From Verrucomicrobiia bacterium (GTDB lineage: Bacteria > Verrucomicrobiota > Verrucomicrobiia > Palsa-1439): 64,000 bases of DNA. Where the stretch lies: NCBI GenBank assembly GCA_037441425.1, contig JBBISF010000001.1:632-64631 (forward strand), read 5' to 3'. The notes beneath the pieces are model-generated. The model was not told the DNA's origin. It ran no database searches and saw nothing but the letters and a program-made list of their open reading frames with translations. Position numbers and translations under genes: made by a program. This document shows, one piece after another, positions 49,918-58,199 of this stretch. Each line of letters begins with the position of its first letter. Positions within the stretch are counted from its first letter, which is position 1.

Positions 49918-50032
49918 GACTGGGGCGGCGCGGTTTGATGTGAGCCGGTAGCTCAGTTGGTCGAGCAACGGCTCCGCCTTCGCCACGCTTCGGCGCGGCG
50001 GGGCTTTTGAGCCGGTGAGGTAGCGCGTAGAA

Positions 50033-50308
50033 TTACCGGCGTGTGCGTTTTCGACGGTGACGTGGCCGCTCGCTGATAAAGATGTCGGGCCACCCGCAGT
50101 TGAACAATTTCTTCAGGTAGCAGAGGTGATCGAGGCGGAAGCGCTTGAGGTGTCCCTGCTCCCAGCGGCGTAACTGTTCCGGATGAAAGCCGGTGACCTC
50201 GGCAAATTGCCGGAAGGACAGTTCACCCCGTTGCCGGCGTAGGAATTTGGTCACGTCCCGACGGACTCGCTCCACAGCTTTGTCAGCGCCTGTCATGGCG
50301 GAGGACAC
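50033..50308 (-). CDS. XRE-family helix-turn-helix protein
   Basis: LSFRQFAEVTGFHPEQLRRWEQG is an HTH_3-type motif. 91 aa with a basic C-terminus. Confidence 0.65.
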   Translation of the reverse strand: MSSAMTGADKAVERVRRDVTKFLRRQRGELSFRQFAEVTGFHPEQLRRWEQGHLKRFRLDHLCYLKKLFNCGWPDIFISERPRHRRKRTRR

Positions 50309-50444
50309 TTTACGGAGTCTTCTTCACGCCGGCAAGGACCGCGTTTTATCCGGGCGAGACTTTTACGGTACCGGCATCGTTGCAGAGTGCGCCGACAACA
50401 TGCGGGTCGCTGGTGGGCAAACTCGCGCCGAGACCGGCCAGCAT

Positions 50445-50479
50445 GGCGGGATGCCCATAAATCTTCAGGGCATCCCGCC
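50445..50479 (-). terminator. 12-bp perfect stem-loop just downstream of the 50490..51338 gene
   Basis: ggcgggatgccc-ataaatcttca-gggcatcccgcc, 11 nt after the stop codon. No clear U-tract. Confidence 0.45.
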
Positions 50480-50489
50480 GGACAACCAA

Positions 50490-51338
50490 CTAGCCGCCCA
50501 CGACCACGGCGACTGCGGCGCTCCATTGGCCGACGCGTTGGTCGCCGACCCGATAGATCGCCCGGTATTGCCATTTGACCGGGGTGGCCGGGATGGGTTC
50601 GGTGTCGTTGTAACCGGGCGTGGTGTCGAACGCCAGCAACTGCCAGCCGGCGCCGCCCCCGCGGTCCACTTGAATCTCGATGATGTCGAGGAACGCTTGT
50701 TTACCTTGCCAGCCCCAGCCGACGGTGATGCCCGCCGGCGCGCGGGTGATTTTCAGCACGGGGCCGAACGTGGCGAAGTCGGGGGCGCTCTTCTCGCTGC
50801 CGATGACGCCGAGGTCGCTGCCGATGGCTTCGGTGTACCCGGCGGCGTTCTTGATGGTCTGCACCAGATCAAAAATCCGGGTCAACGCGCCGGTGTTGGT
50901 GGGCACGCCGCCCGCCGGCGGGGTGAACGTGGGCAGGCTCATCAGCGCGGCGCCATCGCCGGTCTGCGCCTCAGTGGCGGCGTCGGTGCCGGCTTCGGCA
51001 AACGCGCGGATGGCCGGCAACCAGGTGCCGAGCACGTAGCTCACCCAGTCGCAATCCGCTTCCGCGGCGGTCACCACGCCGGCGGCCAGGCCCAAGGGCG
51101 TCGCGTAGCCGGGCAGTTTGTTTTTGAAGTTCCCGAGCCAGGTGACTTGGTCACCGACTTTGAGCGGGAAGTACGTATTGTGTCGCATTCCTTTTCTCCT
51201 TTTGGGTTTGGGTTGGTTGATGGGGGCCGGGGGCGGCACGTAACCGGGGTCGCCGGCCTCCAGTTGATAGCTGGGGTTGCCCCAATAACTGTTCGGGTCG
51301 TCGAAAGTGAACCCGGAATCGAACTTGATGACCTTCAT
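50490..51338 (-). CDS. hypothetical protein with a C-terminal fibronectin-type-III-like beta domain
   Basis: The most plausible start is ATG 51338 (MKVIKFDSGFTFDDPNSYWGNP). The C-terminus ITVGWGWQG...EIQVDRGGGAGWQLLAFDTTPGYNDTEP..VKWQYRAIYRVGDQRVGQWS looks Fn3-like. Confidence 0.55.
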   Translation of the reverse strand: MKVIKFDSGFTFDDPNSYWGNPSYQLEAGDPGYVPPPAPINQPKPKRRKGMRHNTYFPLKVGDQVTWLGNFKNKLPGYATPLGLAAGVVTAAEADCDWVSYVLGTWLPAIRAFAEAGTDAATEAQTGDGAALMSLPTFTPPAGGVPTNTGALTRIFDLVQTIKNAAGYTEAIGSDLGVIGSEKSAPDFATFGPVLKITRAPAGITVGWGWQGKQAFLDIIEIQVDRGGGAGWQLLAFDTTPGYNDTEPIPATPVKWQYRAIYRVGDQRVGQWSAAVAVVVGG

Positions 51339-51356
51339 AGGGGTATTTCTGCGTAA

Positions 51357-51650
51357 GTGGCTGATTTGGAACGATAAGTGACGCAGCACTTGCGGTAAGT
51401 GTTGCATCACCAACGAAAGGTGGCGGGCCATCCGCCGAAAGTGACGCGGCACCAGCCAAAGGTGTTGCGCCACCCATCAGAGGTGGTGCGTCCCCTGCCA
51501 AAAGGGATGCGCCACTTGCCGCGCGGGGTGCGCCACCTGTGAGAAGTGTTGCGTCACCAGCCGATGGTGTTGCGCGACCTGCGCCGGGTGGCGCAGCACC
51601 CGCCGCAAGTTGGTCGCCACCTGCCGGAAGTGGCGCACCACCTGCCGCAG
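51357..51650. repeat. tandem array of 14 x 21 bp (consensus GTGnyGCGnCACCnGCCGnar), no indels
   Basis: Units were aligned by hand from 51357 to 51650 with exact 21-nt phasing. Columns 1-3, 6-7 and 10-13 are conserved. The core GTGnnGC/GnnCAC is semi-palindromic. Confidence 0.9.
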
Positions 51651-51668
51651 AAAGTTGACCTCGTGCCT

Positions 51669-51914
51669 TCATGCCCGCGGTTTCCGGTCGTCCCCGTTGG
51701 CGCGGTGGGGGAAGCTGGGCGCGATCTCGTGGATGTCGCAGTTGTACGCGGCGCACAGCAGCCACATGGTTTGCAGCGTGGGCATGTTCCGGGCGTTCAA
51801 CAGGCGGTGAATTGTCTTCTCGGGAAGATCGGCTTCATCGGCCAACTCGCGGGCTTTTCGCCCATTCAATTTTTGCCGGAGAAATCCGGCGACTTCACTC
51901 CGCACTCGAACCAT
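51669..51914 (-). CDS. XRE-family helix-turn-helix protein
   Basis: RKARELADEADLPEKTIHRLLNARNMPTLQTMWLLCAAY is an HTH_3-type motif. 81 aa. Its stop lies 19 nt from the tandem array. Confidence 0.65.
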   Translation of the reverse strand: MVRVRSEVAGFLRQKLNGRKARELADEADLPEKTIHRLLNARNMPTLQTMWLLCAAYNCDIHEIAPSFPHRANGDDRKPRA

Positions 51915-52140
51915 TGCGGGACGCAGGATGCCCGAAATGTTGTCTCATGGGTGAGAAAAATCGAGGGCGCGCAGGTAACCAGTGCGGGGAGCACATAACC
52001 GGCTCGGGGGAGGAAGTGATTCCTCTTTTGCGTGTGCGGTTCTTGTATTCCATCGCGGCGACTCCTCGATGTGCTCGGTCGTTAGAGTCTCCGGACGGGC
52101 CGGCCTCGACTTTGGCCGGCGGGCGTGCAGAATGCCAAGT

Positions 52141-52491
52141 ATGAGCGATTTCCTTCCCGTCAACGATCTCGACCGGGCCATTCGGGCGGTGCAGAAGAGT
52201 CCGGCGGCGATGCCGGACGTGTACCGGCACCTCTGCGAAGGGGAACTCTGGTTCGCCATCAAGTATCACCCGGAACTGGAGGACGGCGGCGGCCTTGAAC
52301 TCCAGAACGGTGATCCCGTGCCGTTTGCGATGCTCGACGACGGGAAGGGGCACACCTATGTTCCCTTGTTTTCCTCCGACGCGCGGTTCGATGAAAGTTT
52401 GGAGCGGGGCAAGGTGCCGGAGAAAACGTTCATCGCCGCCGCGATGCCGGCCAAACAGATTCTGGAAATCCTCAGCAAGCTGAACCTGTAG
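52141..52491 (+). CDS. SseB-like domain protein, ending at an in-frame TAG
   Basis: MSDFLPVNDLDRAIR...ELWFAI...TYVPLFSSDARF... resembles the SseB family. The same frame stays open after the TAG (52489..52491) to 53793. Confidence 0.45.
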   Translation: MSDFLPVNDLDRAIRAVQKSPAAMPDVYRHLCEGELWFAIKYHPELEDGGGLELQNGDPVPFAMLDDGKGHTYVPLFSSDARFDESLERGKVPEKTFIAAAMPAKQILEILSKLNL

Positions 52492-52713
52492 GCCAACGTC
52501 AACATGGGCGGCACCACCGGCAGCATCCTGACCGGGCCGGACTTGATGCGCGATCTGGCCAGCGGCAAAGTGTTCCAGCCCTCCCCGTTGCACAACCAGC
52601 CGCCGGTGCCCCCGGCGGAGGAATGTCCGTCATCTTGTCGCCGCGCCGGCAGGAACCGGGCTTGCATCGGGCGCGCGAATTTGTTCCACTGCTACACCAG
52701 CGAGGCGTTGATC

Positions 52714-53793
52714 ATGGCGGATATTTTCTTCAAGTGCACGGCCTGCGGGCAGAATCTGTTGATCGAGGAAACCGGGGTGGGGCTGACCTACGATTGTCTG
52801 CATTGCGGCCACCAGATGGTGGTACCACCCCCCGGGGACGAAGTGGAATGTGAGAATTGCCGGCAAACGCTCAAGGTGGCCCGCGGGATGGAGGGCGAAT
52901 CCGTGCGCTGCCCGCACTGCGGCGGCACCGTGACAGTGCCGACCGAGGATCGTCCCCGGGTGAAACTGAAAAGCGAGAGCGCGCCCCCCCCGTTGCCGAC
53001 CGCGATGCCGGCGGCGACACCATCGGAATGTCCCAGTTGCCACGCCCCGGTGATGGCCGATGCGGTGATCTGCATCCAATGCGGCTTGAATTTGAAAACC
53101 GGCCAGAAGCACGCCACGGCGACAGCATCGGCGGGGCGGACCACAAACCGCGCGGCGCAAGAAGCGCGGGCGAAGTTGATCAAGAATCTGGTGTTGGTGG
53201 CGGTGGTGGTGGGAATTTTCGCGTTTGCCATTCCACGGCTCTGGGACGTGTTCTTTCCGCCCAGGCCGCAGTACGCGCAACAACCGCTGCCGGTGACCAA
53301 GAACAAGCCGGTCACATCACCCGCGAAGCCTCCCACCAAGATGCCGATGCTGCCGCCCATGCCCGGGCCGATGCCGCCGCCAATGGCGCCGAAGCTGCCG
53401 GCTCCGTCCACAAACGCCCGGCCGGCTGCGGCCACGCCCGTGGTCGCCCGTCCGCCAATGCCACCGGGACCGCCGCTGCCGATGTTGCCCCCCATGCCAC
53501 CCCCCAACGTGGCTCCGCCAGCCGCGACAGCGAAAGTTGTCACGCCACCCAAGCCACCGCCGGCTCCGGTCAAACCACCCTCGCCGTTGTTGACCGCCGA
53601 GGACCTGCAGAAATTAGGGCCGTTGAAGACGCTGACCGTGGATGGCATCACGTATGAGAACGTGCGGTGGACGCGGGTATCGCCGTGGGAAGCGTTCTTT
53701 TTCCATCAAGGCGGCGCGGCGAGTGTGTTGATCACGAAGCTGCTGCCGGCGCTGAAAGAGCAGTACCACTACGCGCCGCCGAAGCACGAATGA
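52714..53793 (+). CDS. multi-zinc-ribbon, single-pass membrane protein with a Pro-rich periplasmic linker
   Basis: In-frame ATG at 52714. CxxC pairs form three ribbons (CTACG..CLHCG, CENC..CPHCG, CPSC..CIQCG). One TM helix (LVLVAVVVGIFAFAI) and a long PPMP-rich region. The stop overlaps the next start (ATGA). Confidence 0.6.
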   Translation: MADIFFKCTACGQNLLIEETGVGLTYDCLHCGHQMVVPPPGDEVECENCRQTLKVARGMEGESVRCPHCGGTVTVPTEDRPRVKLKSESAPPPLPTAMPAATPSECPSCHAPVMADAVICIQCGLNLKTGQKHATATASAGRTTNRAAQEARAKLIKNLVLVAVVVGIFAFAIPRLWDVFFPPRPQYAQQPLPVTKNKPVTSPAKPPTKMPMLPPMPGPMPPPMAPKLPAPSTNARPAAATPVVARPPMPPGPPLPMLPPMPPPNVAPPAATAKVVTPPKPPPAPVKPPSPLLTAEDLQKLGPLKTLTVDGITYENVRWTRVSPWEAFFFHQGGAASVLITKLLPALKEQYHYAPPKHE

Positions 53794-56162
53794 GATGGCT
53801 TTGTCTGGCGGCAGTGCTGAGCGCGGCGGTCGCGGTGGCCGCTGAACCGGTGACGGTCCGGGTGTTTCGGTTGCCGGACAAAAGCTTGTCCACCGGCGTG
53901 TTCCGCGGCCAGGCGGAAGCGCTCGACGTGTTTCGGGCGCAGCATCCCAACATCCGTCTGGAACAAGCCTCCCAGTTGCAGATCGAAGGGCACACGATGG
54001 ATACAGGGGTGTTGCTGGCGATTGCCGGCGGCGTGTCGCCCGATGTCATCTACGTGAACTTCCGGCAATCCGACAGCTACATCCAACAGGGTTTTCTCGC
54101 GCCGCTGGACGACTACATCGCCAAGCTGCCGCCGGGCGCGTTTGAGGAACGGGTGGCGGCCCCGGTACGCCCGGTGATTCGCCGCAAGGGTCCGCCGGAC
54201 GGCAAGGAACACGTGTACGCGTTGCCGTACACGATGATCGTCTCCACGATGATTTACCGGAAGGATCTGTTTGCCGGGGCGGGACTGGACCCGGAGCGTC
54301 CACCGCAAACGTGGGATGAATTGCTGGCGTACGGCCAGAAACTGACGAACCCGGAGAAGGGCGTTTACGGTCTGGGGTTCGCGCAGGGCGCGGGCGAGTT
54401 GTATTCGCTGTTTTCCTTTCTGAGTTCGGCGGGAGCCCAAGCCGTAACCCAGCAGCCGGATGGTTCGTGGCGGGCAACATTCGACACCCCGGCAGCCGTG
54501 GACGCCTATTACTTCTGTTGGCGGCTGCTGAATTGCCGGTGGAACTTCAAAGGTCGTCCGATGAAGGGCGTGTGCTATTCGGGCACGGATCTCTGGGATA
54601 AATGGGCGCAGGGCAAGATCGCGATGTTGACGGTGAATTACCTGAGCGAAAACCAACTCACCGAGGAGAATCCCGAACTCTGCGGTTTTGCCCCCCCGCC
54701 GCGCGGGCCGACCGGCCTCAGTAGCGCGGAAATCAATTGTCTGATGATGGGCATTTTTGCCGGCCAGAAAGACAAACGCGTCCGCGATGCCGCGTGGGAC
54801 TACCTGTGGTTCATTGACAGTCCCGCCGCGCGGCGCATCGTCACGCGGTATCTGGTCGAAAGCGGCAACGCCCAGCTCGTCAACCCGCTCTACCTGCAAC
54901 GGTACGGTTATCCCGATTTGGTGTCGCAAGTGCCGAAAGGATTGGCCGAGATTTTTGATTTCGCCGTGAAACACGGCACGCCGGAGCCGTACGGCAAGAA
55001 TTGCCAACTTGTGTATGACTACCTCGCCAAGCCGCTGGAGGAAATTCGCGACCGCGATTTTACAGGTCTGAGCGAACCGCAGATCAAAGCCGCGATTGCC
55101 GGGATTCTCAAACGCACCGTTGCGGAAACCAACGAGAAGATGATCGGTTATCTCCCGCCGCAACAGCAGCACCGCCGCAACGCGGTCGCGTGGGCCGTGG
55201 TGATTCTGGTGGCGGCGAGTTTTATTCTGATCTTCCGGCGCATCCGGACAACGTTCCGCGCCGGAGTAGCCGGCGGGCAATGGGGTTTCCGCAAATACAA
55301 ATGGGCGTACATCGTCTTGCTGCCGGCCGCGCTGTTGATTCTAACCTGGCAATACTACCCGCTTGCTCGCGGCTCGTTGATCGCGTTTCAGGATTACATG
55401 ATCGTCGGCCGGTCGCGCTGGGTCGGACTGGAAAACTTCGCGAATGCGCTGTTTGACGCGGAGTTCCGGCACTCGTTTCTGTGCAGTTTGTATTTCATGA
55501 TGCTGTGGATGGCGCTGGGTTTTTTCCCGCCAATCTTGCTGGCGGTGCTCCTGCAGGAGGTGCCGCGCGGCAAGGCGTTGTTCCGCACGCTGTACTATTT
55601 GCCGGCTGTGGTCACGGGCGTGGTGGTGCTGTTCTTGTGGAAAGAGTTTTATGATCCCTCCGCGCAAGGGTTGTTGAATCAACTGCTCCACTTCTTCCAC
55701 GTGTCGCCCCAGAACTGGCTGCAAAATCCGCGGTTGGCGATGTTGTGCGTGGTGGTTCCGCTGGCGTGGATGAACCTCGGTCCCGGCTGCATCATCTACC
55801 TCGCCGCGCTCAAGTCCGTCCCGGAAGAACTTTACGAAGCCGCGGAAATTGACGGTGCCGGCTTCCGTCGCAAAGTGACCTTGATCGCCCTGCCGTACCT
55901 GAAACCGCTGTTGATCATCAATTTCGTCGGCGCGTTCATCGGGGCGTTCAAGTCGGTGGACTTCATTCTCGCGATGACCGGCGGCGGTCCGGCGGGCGCC
56001 ACCAACGTCGTCGGCATGCAGATCTTCAACCAATCATTCCTCGACCTGAAATTCGGTCTGGCCACGGCGATGGCGTGGATTCTCGGTTCCCTGCTGCTCG
56101 GCTTCACGGCACTGCAACTGCGAACGCTGAGCCGGGTGGAGTTTCGGACCGCGAAAGCATGA
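53790..56162 (+). CDS. fusion of an ABC extracellular solute-binding protein (family 1, sugar type) with an ABC permease (MalF/CUT1-like)
   Basis: Signal peptide MRWLCLAAVLSAAVAVAA. An about 470-aa SBP-like region, then six TM helices with the EAA-type loop (EELYEAAEIDGAGFRRKVTLIALPYLKP). Confidence 0.8.
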   Translation: MRWLCLAAVLSAAVAVAAEPVTVRVFRLPDKSLSTGVFRGQAEALDVFRAQHPNIRLEQASQLQIEGHTMDTGVLLAIAGGVSPDVIYVNFRQSDSYIQQGFLAPLDDYIAKLPPGAFEERVAAPVRPVIRRKGPPDGKEHVYALPYTMIVSTMIYRKDLFAGAGLDPERPPQTWDELLAYGQKLTNPEKGVYGLGFAQGAGELYSLFSFLSSAGAQAVTQQPDGSWRATFDTPAAVDAYYFCWRLLNCRWNFKGRPMKGVCYSGTDLWDKWAQGKIAMLTVNYLSENQLTEENPELCGFAPPPRGPTGLSSAEINCLMMGIFAGQKDKRVRDAAWDYLWFIDSPAARRIVTRYLVESGNAQLVNPLYLQRYGYPDLVSQVPKGLAEIFDFAVKHGTPEPYGKNCQLVYDYLAKPLEEIRDRDFTGLSEPQIKAAIAGILKRTVAETNEKMIGYLPPQQQHRRNAVAWAVVILVAASFILIFRRIRTTFRAGVAGGQWGFRKYKWAYIVLLPAALLILTWQYYPLARGSLIAFQDYMIVGRSRWVGLENFANALFDAEFRHSFLCSLYFMMLWMALGFFPPILLAVLLQEVPRGKALFRTLYYLPAVVTGVVVLFLWKEFYDPSAQGLLNQLLHFFHVSPQNWLQNPRLAMLCVVVPLAWMNLGPGCIIYLAALKSVPEELYEAAEIDGAGFRRKVTLIALPYLKPLLIINFVGAFIGAFKSVDFILAMTGGGPAGATNVVGMQIFNQSFLDLKFGLATAMAWILGSLLLGFTALQLRTLSRVEFRTAKA

Positions 56163-56166
56163 CGCC

Positions 56167-58041
56167 ATGCCGATTCTTTCCCCCATCGGTCGCAAACAAC
56201 CCAAGACGCGGCTCTTGATCGCGGCAATCTACGTGGTGCTCAGCCTCGGCGCGCTCACGATGGTGTACCCGTTTCTGTTGATGATTTCCGGGTCATTCAA
56301 GAGCCACCTCGACCGGCAGGATTGGGACATCATCCCGCGTTACCTGCACGACGACACGTTGCTGTTTCGCAAGTTCGTCGAATCGAAGTACAACGAATCG
56401 CTCGCGGCGGCCAACAGCGCTTACCGGACGACCTACTACAGTTTCGAGAACGTCGCGCCGCCCCCCCGGATTCACGAACGCGCCGTGGCGGATTACCGGG
56501 AATTCCTGGCCTGCGGGCGATTGCGCGATGATTGGCGGACGTTGGGGTTCATCTTCGCGTATCAGATGGCGCCGCAAAACCTCCGGCTGTTGATCAACGA
56601 GCTGCGGTCGCAGTGCGCTGGCGACATCCGAAAGTTCAACGACCGGTACGGCTCGACCTACGAGAGATGGGACGACATCCGCCTCAGTCTCTACGCCGAA
56701 CGCTGGATTGACCGGCATTATCAGGAGATTCAGTCGCCCCTCGGCCCGTTCTACCGGAAGCTGCGCGACGCGCGCCCACACTACGAGTCAGCGACCATCA
56801 GCCTCGACGGTGATTTCCTCGAACGCCGGATTTGCCCGCAGTTCGGCGAGTTCAGCGTCGCGCGCCTGAACGAAGCCTATGGTACGAACCTAGCCACGTT
56901 CGCCGACCTGCACCTGCCGGCGCGCGTGCCTGCCAACCCGGCGTTCGCCAAGGATTGGGAAATCTATGTGCGGACGTTATTGCATCCACGGTTCATTCGC
57001 TTCGACAAGTCCGCCCGCCCGGCATTTGAGTTGTTCCTGCGCCAGAAATACGAAACGCTGGTGGCATTCAACCACATCCACGGCACGCACTACCGGGAAT
57101 GGGCGGATTGTCCGTTGCCGGATGAAGTGTCCACTGCCGGCGCGACGCTGGCTGATGCAATGCAGTTCTTGGAATCGGCCGCGCCGCGCGGTGCAATTGA
57201 GATTACCGGGCCGGAATTCCAGTTCCGGGCGTTCTTGAAACACAAATACGGCGACCTCGCGGCGCTCCGACAGGCGCACGGAATCGAGTACGCCAGCTTC
57301 GATACCGTGCCCTTGCCGGAGCGGGAATACGATTGGGTGGAAATGCAGGCGCATCACCGGGCGGTGGTGCGGGAGTTTGTCGTCCGCAACTACGCCATCG
57401 TTCTGGATTACCTGTTTCTGCACGGACGCGCGTTGTGGAACACATTGATCTTCTGTGCGCTCGCCATTGTCACGGCGTTGTTAGTCAACCCGCTCGCCGC
57501 GTACGCACTGTCCCGGTATCAGTTGCCGAGCCAGTACAAGCTTCTGTTCTTCCTGATGGCGACGATGGCCTTCCCGGCCGAGGTCACGTTGATTCCCGGT
57601 TTCCTGCTGTTGAAACAACTCCACCTGCTCAACACCTTCTGGGCGCTCGTCCTGCCGGCGGCGGCCAACGGTTACGCCATCTTCTTGCTGAAAGGCTTCT
57701 TCGACAGCCTGCCGCGCGAACTGTACGAGTCCGCAATGATGGACGGCGCGGGCGAGTGGACGATGTTCTGGCAGGTCACGATGTCGTTGAGCAAACCGAT
57801 TCTGGTCGTCATCGCGCTCGGCGCGTTCACGGCGGCCTACGGCGCGTTCATGTTTGCGTTGATCGTCTGCCAGAACGAAAAAATGTGGACGATCATGGTG
57901 TATCTCTACCAACTCCAACAACGCTACGCCCAACCAGTCGTGTTCGCGTCTTTGCTGGTGGCCGCCATTCCGACGTTGCTGGTCTTCGTCTTCTGCCAGA
58001 ACATCATCATGCGCGGCATCGTCGTGCCGGTCGAAAAGTGA
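56167..58041 (+). CDS. ABC permease (MalG/CUT1-like) with an about 370-aa insertion after TM1
   Basis: TM1 (LLIAAIYVVLSLGALTMVYPFLLM), then a large soluble region. The canonical permease core follows, with the EAA loop RELYESAMMDGAGEWTMFWQVTMSLSKP. Confidence 0.8.
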   Translation: MPILSPIGRKQPKTRLLIAAIYVVLSLGALTMVYPFLLMISGSFKSHLDRQDWDIIPRYLHDDTLLFRKFVESKYNESLAAANSAYRTTYYSFENVAPPPRIHERAVADYREFLACGRLRDDWRTLGFIFAYQMAPQNLRLLINELRSQCAGDIRKFNDRYGSTYERWDDIRLSLYAERWIDRHYQEIQSPLGPFYRKLRDARPHYESATISLDGDFLERRICPQFGEFSVARLNEAYGTNLATFADLHLPARVPANPAFAKDWEIYVRTLLHPRFIRFDKSARPAFELFLRQKYETLVAFNHIHGTHYREWADCPLPDEVSTAGATLADAMQFLESAAPRGAIEITGPEFQFRAFLKHKYGDLAALRQAHGIEYASFDTVPLPEREYDWVEMQAHHRAVVREFVVRNYAIVLDYLFLHGRALWNTLIFCALAIVTALLVNPLAAYALSRYQLPSQYKLLFFLMATMAFPAEVTLIPGFLLLKQLHLLNTFWALVLPAAANGYAIFLLKGFFDSLPRELYESAMMDGAGEWTMFWQVTMSLSKPILVVIALGAFTAAYGAFMFALIVCQNEKMWTIMVYLYQLQQRYAQPVVFASLLVAAIPTLLVFVFCQNIIMRGIVVPVEK

Positions 58042-58199
58042 GCCGCCCGATTGCGGAACCAAGCAAGCGCGCCTCTTCTGCAGGGCTCTGGCGCGCTCCC
58101 CTCCGAGCATGTCCAAGGATGGGCATGCATGAATTTTTGACGGAACAGGAACCGGGGGACAAGAAATCTGTCTCACAAGGATGTTGGGTACGCAGTGTC

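Noticed and set aside
49942-50010. Possible tRNA gene (gagccggtagctcagttggtcgagca...).
   Set aside because: Only the acceptor 5' half and the D-arm are recognisable. No anticodon stem pairing, T-arm (GTTCGAATC-like) or 3' acceptor complement follows.
51357-51650. The 21-bp array read as a heptad-repeat protein (for example ORF 51151..51765 AGGAPLP-type repeats, ORF 50490..51473 HLxxVxR repeats, or plus-strand ORF 51546..51998), or as a CRISPR array.
   Set aside because: Variable columns show no codon periodicity. The frame joined to the downstream gene is broken by a TGA in unit 5. The other frames overlap the XRE gene or lack plausible starts. There are no unique spacers between repeats, so it is not a CRISPR array.
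53785-53793. cacgaatga at the end of the zinc-ribbon gene as another member of the cacgaat repeat family.
   Set aside because: It is a single 7-nt unit without the tagcc end or a second unit, which is compatible with chance.
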